A DNA stretch of 31,789 nt from a virus (taxonomy: Duplodnaviria > Caudoviricetes). A program made the translations under genes and the position numbers. Shown one piece after another: positions 1 through 9,451 of the stretch; within the stretch, counting starts at the first letter, position 1, and every line of letters starts with the position of its first letter. The stretch is from the IMG/VR virus record IMGVR_UViG_3300011339_000092, positions 1 to 31,789 of that record. One strand, written 5' to 3'. The notes under the pieces are model-generated. The model had not been told where the DNA came from. It searched no databases and saw nothing but the letters and a program-made list of their open reading frames with translations.

Positions 1-184
1 CCATGTTTGAGCCTTTTTTCTCTCTCTTGGCTTCAAGCATGGCTTTAGTTGCTTGACTCTTAGCGTCAAACATCTTGCCAATCATCGGGGCAAGACCGCC
101 TATGTCATTGGCTACCTTACTAGCCTTTTTAACCATGCCAATGGCTTTTTGTAAGCCATCTAGCGCAGCAATTGGGTCAATCAT
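1..184 (-). CDS. Hypothetical helical protein, truncated at the window edge (MIDPIAALDGLQKAIGMVKKASKVANDIGGLAPMIGKMFDAK...)
   Basis: Manually translated; not in the ORF track. ATG at 184 overlaps the TGA of the upstream ORF (ATGA coupling) and the frame is open to position 1. Confidence 0.75.
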   Translation of the reverse strand, partial: MIDPIAALDGLQKAIGMVKKASKVANDIGGLAPMIGKMFDAKSQATKAMLEAKREKKGSNM

Positions 185-306
185 TTTTTATCTACCTTTT
201 TCCATTCAATACAGTAGACTTTCCTGTTGTACACATCGCCAACCCAAGCCCACTTAATACATCTGTACTCAATAGATACAGCTAGAAAAAACTCTACAAA
301 TACCAT
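181..306 (-). CDS. Small 41-aa hypothetical protein (MVFVEFFLAVSIEYRCIKWAWVGDVYNRKVYCIEWKKVDKK)
   Basis: Manually translated. Fills the gap between coupled neighbours; hydrophobic N-terminus and two Cys. Confidence 0.55.
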   Translation of the reverse strand: MVFVEFFLAVSIEYRCIKWAWVGDVYNRKVYCIEWKKVDKK

Positions 307-389
307 GTCCACAGTAGTATGTAGACACACCAAACAATAGTTACACAAAGAAGGGCTGCACTAACAAAAGCAACAGCCCAATCTTTCAT
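294..389 (-). CDS. 31-aa single-TM membrane peptide (MKDWAVAFVSAALLCVTIVWCVYILLWTWYL)
   Basis: Manually translated. ATGA overlap with the stop of 386..613; one long hydrophobic segment. Confidence 0.55.
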   Translation of the reverse strand: MKDWAVAFVSAALLCVTIVWCVYILLWTWYL

Positions 390-613
390 TTTTTAATCCA
401 TGTCTGCCACAAAGCGCCAGCAGCTAATATCAAACCACCAATCCATAAAACTGGTTGGGCAATAGAGGCTATCCAGTTAAGAACCTTTACAGCACCTTTT
501 GCTGCATCAATAGCGGCTACTAGGTCTTTGGTGTTCTTATCAATCTCGTCTACTTTTTGCTCAACAGCTAGTAAACGATTGTAAATTTGCTCGTGACTTA
601 CTTCGCTCATCAT
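386..613 (-). CDS. Coiled-coil protein with C-terminal TM helix, possibly holin-like
   Basis: Heptad-like N-terminus (IYNRLLAVEQKVDEIDKNT), C-terminal hydrophobic helix with KK tail, GAGG RBS, located downstream of the tail genes. Confidence 0.6.
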   Translation of the reverse strand: MMSEVSHEQIYNRLLAVEQKVDEIDKNTKDLVAAIDAAKGAVKVLNWIASIAQPVLWIGGLILAAGALWQTWIKK

Positions 614-618
614 TCACC

Positions 619-1113
619 TCAAATGGTAGGCCACTCAACAGTCCAAGGAAATCCTTCTTGCGCTGTTACATCACGCAAGGCTTGACGATATGTAGCCCAT
701 ACAGCTTTGTCAACAGGTGCATCCTCAACTTGAGTCCAATCACACTCTGCTAACTTAGCATCACGAGTAGCACGAACACTCTTAGCTTGTTCAGCATCCT
801 TTAGAGCCTTGTAAGCAGTTTCGTGCTGTAGTGCTGTGGTAGTTACACCATCAACAACAGTATCGATAAAGGTAGGGCCTAACACATACTTTGTGTACCA
901 CTTACCATCAATCTGCTCAACACCTTGTGCTTGTGAGTATTGGTAAACAGTACCGCCTGTAGCTTGTGCGCCTTCAAAGACTACATCAGCACCCAAAGCC
1001 TCCAAGACTTCAGTTGTAGTTGTATCCCATGATGGGCCACCATTGGCTTTAATGTGTGCACGAAATTCACTCTCGTACATGACCTGTCCACTTTCACGAA
1101 TTCTGATTTGCAT
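619..1113 (-). CDS. Tail fibre assembly chaperone-like protein
   Basis: C-terminal R..RDAKLAECDWTQ..D.P.....WATYRQALRD.....GFP..V.WP motif typical of phage tail assembly chaperones; follows the fibre genes. Confidence 0.8.
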   Translation of the reverse strand: MQIRIRESGQVMYESEFRAHIKANGGPSWDTTTTEVLEALGADVVFEGAQATGGTVYQYSQAQGVEQIDGKWYTKYVLGPTFIDTVVDGVTTTALQHETAYKALKDAEQAKSVRATRDAKLAECDWTQVEDAPVDKAVWATYRQALRDVTAQEGFPWTVEWPTI

Positions 1114-1123
1114 AGTAATTTCC

Positions 1124-3058
1124 TTACGCTATTGCGATTCCAATGTAGGTTGCAGAAGATACATTCACATTAGTTGCTGAAACCTGATTGACAACAAAGC
1201 CAGTTGAATCTGTGTCAATGGTATCGTCTGTTGTCACTTCAGCGGCTGTTGTGTTGAGGCTAAGGTGTGGGTCATTTCCTGACACGATACCCCTAGCAGA
1301 ATCCCACACATACCAGTCACCAGTTGAGTCTGTGCGCTTTATGAGAACCCACCTCGCCCCTGCTGTGAAGCCACAGTTAATTGTCTGTGATGAGCCATTT
1401 CCTGTGTAGCTAAATACTTTGCTGACACCTGCGCAGGTTGCAAAGAGGTAGGCGACATAATTTCTACCTGCTGAAGCACCTAAAGGCGTAATAGTTGTAG
1501 ATGTTGACTGTCCACCCCAGTTTGCGCCATAGGAATAAAATGTTGCAGCAGCATCAGAGTTCAAACGGGCTAAATCTGAACCTGTTGATGTTTCGTTAAA
1601 AAACACTCGCATTTCTTGTGCGCCATCTCTCCATTTAGAAATTATCAGTTGAGGAACAGCGTTTAAATTATGATTTACCGCAAAAGTCGATCCTGTTGAT
1701 GTCCAGCAAACCACATCAAAGAAGCTGGGGGCACGTCTGAAAGCCCAATCTATGTAGTTTGTTCCGCTTGCATTTACGCCTGCATCAGTTCCAATTCGCA
1801 CACCACTTTGAGTGTCGAAACCAAGCACATATTGTGTTGTTGTCACTTCTGCGCCTGTACTGCTACTTTCCAAAACTTTATTAGCCCCACGCAATCTGTC
1901 TTCAAAACTTGGTGAATAAGTTCCTCTAGACTTAATGATTGCAAGATCAGTAACAAAACCAGTAGTCGTAGTAGCGGCTGAACCTGTACCCGCATAAGTC
2001 ACAGGACTAAACACACTCGTCCCACTCGTAGGCACTTTCATCGGGCCACGACGAATGGCGATGTAGATGTAGGTTGCACCATTAGTGTTTTGGTCAGCGT
2101 TTGCTGCTGCTATTGTAAATCCTGTAGCGTTTGGATATAGGTTGTAACTAGACCCTGCTGGCTCAGAACCAGATGTATTTGGATAAAGTTGTCTATTTCC
2201 AGCGTCCCACATTCCACGCATTACATCTGTAACAATCCAATTTCCTGTGTTTGAAGTGCATTTTGTCAAAACATACTGAACTTCATAACCAAGATTAATT
2301 GAATTAATTGCGCCTGTACCCGTATAAGACCCACACGAAATCACATTGTCTGTACCAGTCAGACCAAAGCCTCCTGCGTTGTGGGCGAATAGGTAGGCTA
2401 CATATGTTCTGCCCGATCCATTAATGGTTCCGCTTAATCCGACTGTGAACACTGTGCTAGTAGGATCAGTTGTATTCCATGCAGCAGACCCAGCTTGCGC
2501 ATCGGTGGTGTTTAGCGTTAGCTGCTTGGTGTTACCAATACTTCGGTGATAAACAATCCAGTTGTCTGTGGTGCTTGTGCATTTGATGATGATGCAGCCT
2601 GGGACAGAACCAAGACTATGAGCTATCTGACGGCCAGCGGTGCCATTCCCTGTATAAGTCACAACATCAAAGAACTTTGGTTGCTTGCGGAATGTCCATG
2701 AGGCGTATGTAGCCGCAGAAGTGTTGATGTCGCTATTGTTTCCAATAGTGAAACCAGTTGTGTTTAGAGTTTGTCCTGAGTCGGTAGTTTGAGCATCAGT
2801 TAAATCAGTAAACAGAAACTTATTTGCGCCACGGGCAGAGTCAAACAAAGTGTGATGTGTGCCTGCTGTGCTTCTACTTTTCAGCCAAACAAGACCGCCT
2901 TTTGTAGACAAGTCAATGTTGTTTGTTACAGTCAAACTTGTGCCGTTGCCTGTGTAGAGGTAGGTGCTGAACACATCCTCAATGTACTGAGGAACAGCCG
3001 CTACACCACCACCAAAGGCATCATAAGAAGCTGCACCACTTGTTGCTTGTAATGGCAT
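1124..3058 (-). CDS. Tail fibre / receptor-binding protein with six ~100-aa YTGNG-type beta repeats (644 aa)
   Basis: Start moved to MPLQATSG at 3058, just past the upstream stop at 3063. Repeats begin FSTYLYTGNG, FDVVTYTGNG, SCGSYTGTG, FSPVTYAGTG, FDVVCWTSTG, KVFSYTGNG. Confidence 0.8.
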   Translation of the reverse strand: MPLQATSGAASYDAFGGGVAAVPQYIEDVFSTYLYTGNGTSLTVTNNIDLSTKGGLVWLKSRSTAGTHHTLFDSARGANKFLFTDLTDAQTTDSGQTLNTTGFTIGNNSDINTSAATYASWTFRKQPKFFDVVTYTGNGTAGRQIAHSLGSVPGCIIIKCTSTTDNWIVYHRSIGNTKQLTLNTTDAQAGSAAWNTTDPTSTVFTVGLSGTINGSGRTYVAYLFAHNAGGFGLTGTDNVISCGSYTGTGAINSINLGYEVQYVLTKCTSNTGNWIVTDVMRGMWDAGNRQLYPNTSGSEPAGSSYNLYPNATGFTIAAANADQNTNGATYIYIAIRRGPMKVPTSGTSVFSPVTYAGTGSAATTTTGFVTDLAIIKSRGTYSPSFEDRLRGANKVLESSSTGAEVTTTQYVLGFDTQSGVRIGTDAGVNASGTNYIDWAFRRAPSFFDVVCWTSTGSTFAVNHNLNAVPQLIISKWRDGAQEMRVFFNETSTGSDLARLNSDAAATFYSYGANWGGQSTSTTITPLGASAGRNYVAYLFATCAGVSKVFSYTGNGSSQTINCGFTAGARWVLIKRTDSTGDWYVWDSARGIVSGNDPHLSLNTTAAEVTTDDTIDTDSTGFVVNQVSATNVNVSSATYIGIAIA

Positions 3059-3062
3059 AGTG

Positions 3063-5390
3063 TTAAGCCTTAAACTGTGTGTTGCTTGCCAAGACTGTAA
3101 AGGTTGCGCTACCAGTCTTGATGATGAGATAGCGGTAACTATCAATGCCACTTGCATTACCCGCTGTAGGTGCACCACCTAACCACCTAGTAGTCACTCC
3201 AGAGGTTGTACCATCCACTTGAACAGCAGAGTTGTAATAAGCTGTAGAGCCTTGAGTCACCAAGAAAGCTACAGTCATTGATTGACCTGTACTCATCAAA
3301 GTATTCAATGATGTACCGCTAGAGGCTCTGAAGTTAACTGTCCAGTTAGCACTTGCGTTACTTGTGTAGTACAAGACTGACTGAGTTGTAATGTCATAGT
3401 TAATCGTACCTGTAGCTGCTGTAGCTGATACTGTAGCAACTTCTGCTGCATCGTTTAAGACAAGGGCTTGAGTAGATGATGTACCTGAGAAGGTCTTAGT
3501 GCCTGTGAAGGTCTGTGCTGTGTTAAGACTTGCGACATTGGTTAGAGTGTTGTCAGCAAATGTGATTGTCTTGTTTGTAAGAGTCTCAACACCTGCCAAA
3601 GTAGCAAATGAACCTGCTGTAAACGCAGCATTAGCCCATGTTGAACCAGTCCAAACAAACAGATTATTTGTAGATGTATTCCAGTATAAAGCACCTGTAA
3701 GCAACGCATTTCCATCATTGTCTACAGATGGTGCAGTTGACTTAGAACCCAAATAACGGTCATCAAAAGCGTCATAAGTGTTAGATGCACTCGTAGCACT
3801 AGCAGCAGCAGCCGTTGCGCTTGTAGAGGCCTCTCCTGCGCTTGTAGAGGCATTTGTAGCACTTGTGGCAGCGTTAGATGCTGAAGTAGCCGCAGCAGAT
3901 GCACTTGTCGCAGCAGATGTTGCACTACCTAAGATGCCATCAACATAAGTCTTAGTGGCAGCGTCTTGGGCATTGGTAGGGTCACCCAAACCAGTAATCT
4001 TAGAAGTACCCATTGCAATAGCACCACTCATAGTGCCACCGCTTGTAGACAACTTACCACTCAAAGAAGTATCAACTTCAGTCTTTGTGTAAGCATCTGT
4101 GATACCAAAACCAGAGATAGTTGTTGGGTTAGTACCTGCTGTAATGCGTCCATAAGCATCAACAGTTACAGATTTATATGTGCTTGCTGTAACACCAGTT
4201 GTCGCCAAATCAATGTTGTCCGAATTGACAACAATACGGCTAGAAGATGCTGTGCCAACATCTAGTGTGTTACCAGTCTTTGTAAGACCTGCGCCAGCCG
4301 TAATCTGACCAGCACCAGAGAACTGAGCAAAAGTAATCGCTGTAGTACCCAAAGTACCACCTGCTGCAACAGTACAGATATAGCCGTTATTGCCGTTAGT
4401 TGTGCCACCCTCAACAAAGGTGTAAGCAGCAACCAACTCTGTCCAAGCATCAGCATCTGTTGTGCGAGTCCATGAACCTGCTGCACACAAGTAAATACCA
4501 TTGTTGGCAGTCGTAGTCTGGTCTTTAACCAATACTCGATCACCTGCAATAACCGCAACACCATCAATAGTCTGTGTGCCAGACAAAGTGATATTGGTTG
4601 TCGTAGCAGCAACCACAGAGGCTTTTGCATCAATACCTTGAGCAATGGCATCTACATAAGACTTAGTAACAGCGTCAGCATCAGAAGTAGGTGTACCAAG
4701 ACCTGTGATCTTGTTTGTACCCATAGCGATATTGCCTGACATAGTGCCACCAGACAAATTCAGCTTCAAAGCATCTGCTGTATCTACATAACCTTTGGTA
4801 GCTGCGTCAGAAGCATTAGTAGGTGTAGCCAATCCTGTGATTGTTCCTACTGTTCCAGAAGACATATCCAATGTGCCATCAATCGTGACATTATTGAATG
4901 TTGAAGTTCCTGTGGAAGCAGTTACGTTGCCTGTGACATTGCCTGTCAGGTTACCAGTCACATTGCCTGTTACAGCGCCTGTGTGAGTTCCTGTGGTGTT
5001 ACCTGTGACATTACCTGTCAAACCACCAACAAAGCCTGTAGAGGCTGTTACTGTCGTTCCTGTAATAGCTTGTGGTGAAGAACCACCGATCACAGCACCA
5101 TTGATAGTGCCACCAGTAATGGTTGCAGATGATGATGTGACATTACCACTAATACCGCCAGAAGCAGTAATTGCACCTGTCATGGTAGATGTGCCAGTCA
5201 CATACAAGTTACCGCCAACAGTCACATTGTCACCAGCCGTACCTGCTTGGTAGTCTTTCAACTGAGCCATCAATTGACGAATGGCATTGTTCACCAAAGA
5301 AGGGGCCATCCCCTCGGCTAGGTTAATACTGTTAATGTCAGTATTGTTATTAGCGGTACTGCTGTATTCTGAAATCTTTGTCTTTGCCAT
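3063..5390 (-). CDS. Long tail fibre protein (775 aa)
   Basis: G/T/S/A-rich; GNVT/GNLT repeats; three ITGLxxPT...DAxTKxYVD units; an SATSAATSASAAATS stretch; GGAG RBS. Confidence 0.85.
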   Translation of the reverse strand: MAKTKISEYSSTANNNTDINSINLAEGMAPSLVNNAIRQLMAQLKDYQAGTAGDNVTVGGNLYVTGTSTMTGAITASGGISGNVTSSSATITGGTINGAVIGGSSPQAITGTTVTASTGFVGGLTGNVTGNTTGTHTGAVTGNVTGNLTGNVTGNVTASTGTSTFNNVTIDGTLDMSSGTVGTITGLATPTNASDAATKGYVDTADALKLNLSGGTMSGNIAMGTNKITGLGTPTSDADAVTKSYVDAIAQGIDAKASVVAATTTNITLSGTQTIDGVAVIAGDRVLVKDQTTTANNGIYLCAAGSWTRTTDADAWTELVAAYTFVEGGTTNGNNGYICTVAAGGTLGTTAITFAQFSGAGQITAGAGLTKTGNTLDVGTASSSRIVVNSDNIDLATTGVTASTYKSVTVDAYGRITAGTNPTTISGFGITDAYTKTEVDTSLSGKLSTSGGTMSGAIAMGTSKITGLGDPTNAQDAATKTYVDGILGSATSAATSASAAATSASNAATSATNASTSAGEASTSATAAAASATSASNTYDAFDDRYLGSKSTAPSVDNDGNALLTGALYWNTSTNNLFVWTGSTWANAAFTAGSFATLAGVETLTNKTITFADNTLTNVASLNTAQTFTGTKTFSGTSSTQALVLNDAAEVATVSATAATGTINYDITTQSVLYYTSNASANWTVNFRASSGTSLNTLMSTGQSMTVAFLVTQGSTAYYNSAVQVDGTTSGVTTRWLGGAPTAGNASGIDSYRYLIIKTGSATFTVLASNTQFKA

Positions 5391-5393
5391 GTG

Positions 5394-7271
5394 TTACTCC
5401 GTTAAACCAAATGCAGCACCATAGCCTAGTGCCAATGCTTTGCGTTGTAATTCTCTGCTTAAAGGCTCTACTGTCATTACAGATGCTTTCTTCATCAATG
5501 TAGACGCTAGTTTAGGGTCTAGCATTGCATTAACTAACAACTCACGAATAGCATCGTCTGTGCCGTTATACAACCAGTTCATAGGTGCTGCTATTTTCTG
5601 CAATGCAGGAGGAACATCACCAAACATTTGTTTACCAATAAGCCCACCAATCACATTAGCGGTACTCATGTTCTTAAATGTTTCAGAACCCATTGGTTTA
5701 GTAGCACGAGCCAACACACCACTATCCAAGTCTTCAGCAACACGCTTCAAAACAGCAAGTTGTGTTTTAGATAAATTTGTTTCTTTCTCTGCCGCACGAA
5801 TAGCATTTAAAAACTTAGGTTGTGAGATTAGGTAATCATTGATGTTTGATGGGTCAGGAGTCGTTGATAGAACCTTACCCTTAAACTCTTGAGCAGCCTC
5901 AAGACGCTCAATGCCACGGCTAGAAGTAGCATACTTTTTCAAGTAATCCTTATATCCTTTAGCAGTATCCTCAAGAGTATCATCAATAGAACGAATTACT
6001 TGCTCAAGTTGTCCTTTTGCCAGACTATAAGCAGAGCCTTCTCTATCAAGACGTCCCATAGAAGCATCTCTAAGGTCTTTACGAACTTCATAAAGCCTTT
6101 GCGGTGTTGTTCCTCGTTGAATTTGTTGTTGCGCCCACTTCATAGTGTTTTCTACAGTAGAACGAGCACCGACATCAGAAGACAAGATGTCATCAATAGT
6201 TTTATTGACTGTATTAGAAACTTGCACTTGGAATGTCTCTGGGTCAATAGTAGAGTTAGCAAAAGCCCTCTCTCTTATTGGGTCAGCTACTTCATCACGC
6301 TTCTTGATAGCAGTTGCAAGCGCATCTTTGTCTTTTGCCATACGATTAAGAATAGCCATCTGCGCTTGGTTAGCTTCTAAAGCCTGAGTAGCAAAACGTC
6401 CACCAGTTGCATCTAAACCTTTAATGGCTGTTTCAGCGTTAATTAAACCAATGTCACGAGTCGCTTGTGCAGTTGTAGGCGTATAGCCACCAATCTTAGG
6501 AACATATGTAGCACCAGACTTAATTGCTTGTTCAGCATCAGATGCTAAGTTACGCAACACATTGCCTGTGATTACTTCACGACCTGCTTGTGTAAATGGA
6601 CGCACAACTTCTTTTGCTGTACGAGCAACAACAGGCGCACCACCTACAGCACCACCTGCTGAGATAGAACCCATCAAAGCACCTAGAGTCTGACCAACAG
6701 GGCCAACATCGCTCTCACGAGCCGCACCAGATGCCAATGCACCTGCTGTAGCAGCAGCACCTTGAGTACCTAAACTCTTAGTAAAGAATTCTTGTGCTTG
6801 TGTTGGTAAGTTTTTAGCAATCGATGCAGGGCCAGCCACGCCAAAACCTGCACTCGTCACATCTTGAACGACACGCTCTTGTGAAGTTCTAGGTGTAGGC
6901 ACACCAGCTTGAGTCATGAGGCTTTGTAATGCTTGGCTAGTAGGTTGCATGACTTGTCTGCCAGCAAGCAAGTTAATCAAGCCTGTAAGAGCATCAGCAC
7001 CCATTGCAGGGATAGACAAAGCACCAGTAACTGCTGCTCGTCCTGTCAAACCTAATTGGCGACCAAAATCACTAGCACTACCAATTTGCATCTGTTCTGC
7101 ACGAGGAGGCGTAGTAATGTCCTTAATGGCTTCTTCTCTTGTCATTCTCTTAGCGGGTTTAGGTGCTTCAGCACCACCACTAAGAATAGCCAAACCTGCA
7201 TCAGAGACTTTTGACAAGTCACCTGACTGCAATGCCATCAAGTCATCATCTGACAGTTTGGTTAAGTCCAT
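5394..7271 (-). CDS. Putative DNA ejection (internal virion) protein, large
   Basis: Third of three consecutive helical A/G/Q-rich ORFs between the tail hub and the fibres, the position of P22 gp7/gp20/gp16-type ejection proteins; N-terminal DLxKxSD repeat. Confidence 0.65.
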   Translation of the reverse strand: MDLTKLSDDDLMALQSGDLSKVSDAGLAILSGGAEAPKPAKRMTREEAIKDITTPPRAEQMQIGSASDFGRQLGLTGRAAVTGALSIPAMGADALTGLINLLAGRQVMQPTSQALQSLMTQAGVPTPRTSQERVVQDVTSAGFGVAGPASIAKNLPTQAQEFFTKSLGTQGAAATAGALASGAARESDVGPVGQTLGALMGSISAGGAVGGAPVVARTAKEVVRPFTQAGREVITGNVLRNLASDAEQAIKSGATYVPKIGGYTPTTAQATRDIGLINAETAIKGLDATGGRFATQALEANQAQMAILNRMAKDKDALATAIKKRDEVADPIRERAFANSTIDPETFQVQVSNTVNKTIDDILSSDVGARSTVENTMKWAQQQIQRGTTPQRLYEVRKDLRDASMGRLDREGSAYSLAKGQLEQVIRSIDDTLEDTAKGYKDYLKKYATSSRGIERLEAAQEFKGKVLSTTPDPSNINDYLISQPKFLNAIRAAEKETNLSKTQLAVLKRVAEDLDSGVLARATKPMGSETFKNMSTANVIGGLIGKQMFGDVPPALQKIAAPMNWLYNGTDDAIRELLVNAMLDPKLASTLMKKASVMTVEPLSRELQRKALALGYGAAFGLTE

Positions 7272-8533
7272 TATTGTTTCTTTCTACGAGCAATCTCAGC
7301 TTGGATATCAGCCATAGAAGGCATAGCAGGTGACTTATCAACTGGTGCTACCAATGCGTCTGCTAATGGGTTTAGCAACAAAGAGCCATTTCCGCCCATT
7401 TGCTGAGAGATAGAAGAATAAGGTGCTTTTTGAGCCTCAAGGTTACGAGCCTTTGCCTCAACCACTTTAGACGCTACAGCAAGCAATCCTGCTCGTTCTT
7501 CTGGCAACAATGATTGACCATTCAATGCTCGTTCAGCATAGGCTTTAATGGTTTGAGGAATAGAACGATTACCAAGAATCGTAGCCTTATCACCCTCTTG
7601 AACAGCACCAGATGGGTCATAAATCTTACCAATGGCATAAATCAATGCGCCATCAGCAGCTTTGTTTCCTGAGTTGCCTTCAATAACAGCAGACTTTGCA
7701 GCCTTAAATCTGTCAGCAACTTCCATTGCACCTGTGTCTTTAACAACACCACGCCAATCTTTAACAATGTCAGCCTGTGCTTTTGCTACCGCTGTTGGGT
7801 CTTTCAAATCTACCGCAACTTTAGGCGCACCTGCTGCACGTTTAGCCATTTCAAAGTCTTGGAATGATCCTTTATAACCTTGGTCTTTTGCAAAGTTATA
7901 TTCAGCAATTGCACTAGGTACTGGCTCACGTTTAGGCGCACCAGTTGCAACAGCCATTGGCTTACCATCAGCACCAATTTCGTAACGAACTTGTCCTTCA
8001 CCAAGCGTATAGCCTTCAGGACGCAATGCTTTTTCTACACCTGATGCAGTTTGTAGTGCAGCCATACCAGCAGGGCCAAGAGCCATCAATTCACGTTGAA
8101 CGGCTTTAAGACCACCGCCACCCGCTTGTGGCTGGTTAGGGCCAGCAATCTCTTGACCAAACATATTAGTCAATGGCGTTTCAGCAAATGTCTCTGGACG
8201 ATATGCTTTAGCCAAAATCTGTTGTGCTTGCAATTGCTGCTGTTTAGCAAGTTGTTCTTCTTGACGCTTCTTCAATAATTCTTGCAATTGAACATTCTGC
8301 AATTGACTTTGCATAGCTTCAGTCATTCCACCTTTGTAGGCTCGTTGACCAGCTTGTAAGCCTTCAGCAATAGATTGACCTGTATTCCCTCCTTGGAATA
8401 GTCTACCTGCTAGTGCGTACAAGGCTTGTGCTTGTGCATCGTCACGATTACGAGCAATGTCAGCAGGTGACATACCGAGCAGACCCATTGTGTCTGCACC
8501 GCTAGTACCGAAAATGTCTAATAGTCCAGCCAT
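7271..8533 (-). CDS. Putative DNA ejection (internal virion) protein
   Basis: Q/A-rich coiled coil, MAGLLD N-terminus, GGAGG RBS, synteny. Confidence 0.65.
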   Translation of the reverse strand: MAGLLDIFGTSGADTMGLLGMSPADIARNRDDAQAQALYALAGRLFQGGNTGQSIAEGLQAGQRAYKGGMTEAMQSQLQNVQLQELLKKRQEEQLAKQQQLQAQQILAKAYRPETFAETPLTNMFGQEIAGPNQPQAGGGGLKAVQRELMALGPAGMAALQTASGVEKALRPEGYTLGEGQVRYEIGADGKPMAVATGAPKREPVPSAIAEYNFAKDQGYKGSFQDFEMAKRAAGAPKVAVDLKDPTAVAKAQADIVKDWRGVVKDTGAMEVADRFKAAKSAVIEGNSGNKAADGALIYAIGKIYDPSGAVQEGDKATILGNRSIPQTIKAYAERALNGQSLLPEERAGLLAVASKVVEAKARNLEAQKAPYSSISQQMGGNGSLLLNPLADALVAPVDKSPAMPSMADIQAEIARRKKQ

Positions 8534-8535
8534 GA

Positions 8536-9378
8536 TTAACCTCCACCACTCAGCCAGTTAGATGCGCTGTCCCACAAGTTTCCAATGCCTTCAGAGCCAC
8601 CTAGATTCTTGTATAAACCACCACCAACAGCCGCCAAACCTAACAAGTTTTGCAGATTAGAAGTGTCTTGTGTGCCGCTAGATGTAGATTGACCAACTCG
8701 TCCTAATGGGTTTCCATAGACAAGCGACAGATAGTTCTGCAAGTTCTGTTGTGGTTGGTTTTGCAAGAAGTTGAATTTAGCAATGTCTGCTTGCTGTTGC
8801 TGACCTGTATAACCCTCACGAATCTGACCAGCTTGCAACATATTCTGAATGTCTTGGTAGTCAGCACTAGCCATAGTTGGGGCCATACCAATAGCTTGCT
8901 GTTGACGATTACGCTCGTCAGCATAGTTCTGGTAAGCCAACTGACCTGCTGTGTTAGCCAATTGCTGACCAAATGCACCAGTTGCTCGATCTTGCAATGA
9001 ACCCATAGCACCAGAGCCATAGCGTCCTGCTAGGCTAGATTTAGATGCAATATCACCAATAGTTTGTTGAAATTGGCTTTCTGCAGCTTTTGCAGCAGGT
9101 TGGAAAGCACCTTGGAAGAATGGATTACCACTCAGGAAGTTGCCAGAAACTGTGTTCTGTAGCTGATTCTGAGCAGACTGGAGTAATGGGTTACCCAAGG
9201 AAGCACGAGCCTCCAGAGCCTGTAATCCAGTCTGTGTTGTAGTCGATGGACTTACATAAGTCTGACCACCATAGTACTGTGGGCCACCCGCCTGATACAA
9301 CTGCTGTGCTTGTTGCAGACCATAGCCTAAGTATGGTTGTATTGTTGGGTCAATCTGAGATGTGGTAGTAGTCGCCAT
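8536..9378 (-). CDS. Putative DNA ejection (pilot) protein
   Basis: Q/G/S/T-rich with a C-terminal Gly-rich hydrophobic helix (LLGLAAVGGGLY); AGGAG RBS; synteny. Confidence 0.65.
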   Translation of the reverse strand: MATTTTSQIDPTIQPYLGYGLQQAQQLYQAGGPQYYGGQTYVSPSTTTQTGLQALEARASLGNPLLQSAQNQLQNTVSGNFLSGNPFFQGAFQPAAKAAESQFQQTIGDIASKSSLAGRYGSGAMGSLQDRATGAFGQQLANTAGQLAYQNYADERNRQQQAIGMAPTMASADYQDIQNMLQAGQIREGYTGQQQQADIAKFNFLQNQPQQNLQNYLSLVYGNPLGRVGQSTSSGTQDTSNLQNLLGLAAVGGGLYKNLGGSEGIGNLWDSASNWLSGGG

Positions 9379-9397
9379 GTTTTACTCCTAGAGTTTC

Positions 9398-9427
9398 GGA
9401 TTCCATAGCGGGTCATCCACGGAATCC
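9398..9427 (-). promoter_or_regulatory. Intergenic stem-loop upstream of the first ejection-gene RBS
   Basis: Minus-strand GGATTCCGTGG-ATGACCCG-CTATGGAATCC forms an 11-bp stem with two G-U pairs. Confidence 0.5.
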
Positions 9428-9451
9428 ATTTTAATCCAAATTTGTTAGAAA

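Noticed and set aside
3059-3178. N-terminal extensions given by the ORF track (also at 11715, 19990, 22586, 26845, 28053, 28152, 28546)
   Set aside because: They overlap upstream genes, promoters or a terminator; downstream ATGs with an RBS or stop-start coupling fit better.
3790-5030. Short-period repeats that might suggest a tandem array or CRISPR
   Set aside because: They are codon-level consequences of SATSAA and GNVT protein repeats; there is no constant repeat with unique spacers.
1124-5390. Diversity-generating retroelement or invertible tail-fibre cassette
   Set aside because: No reverse transcriptase or invertase, and I saw no near-identical template/variable repeat pair; the repeats are diverged at the DNA level.
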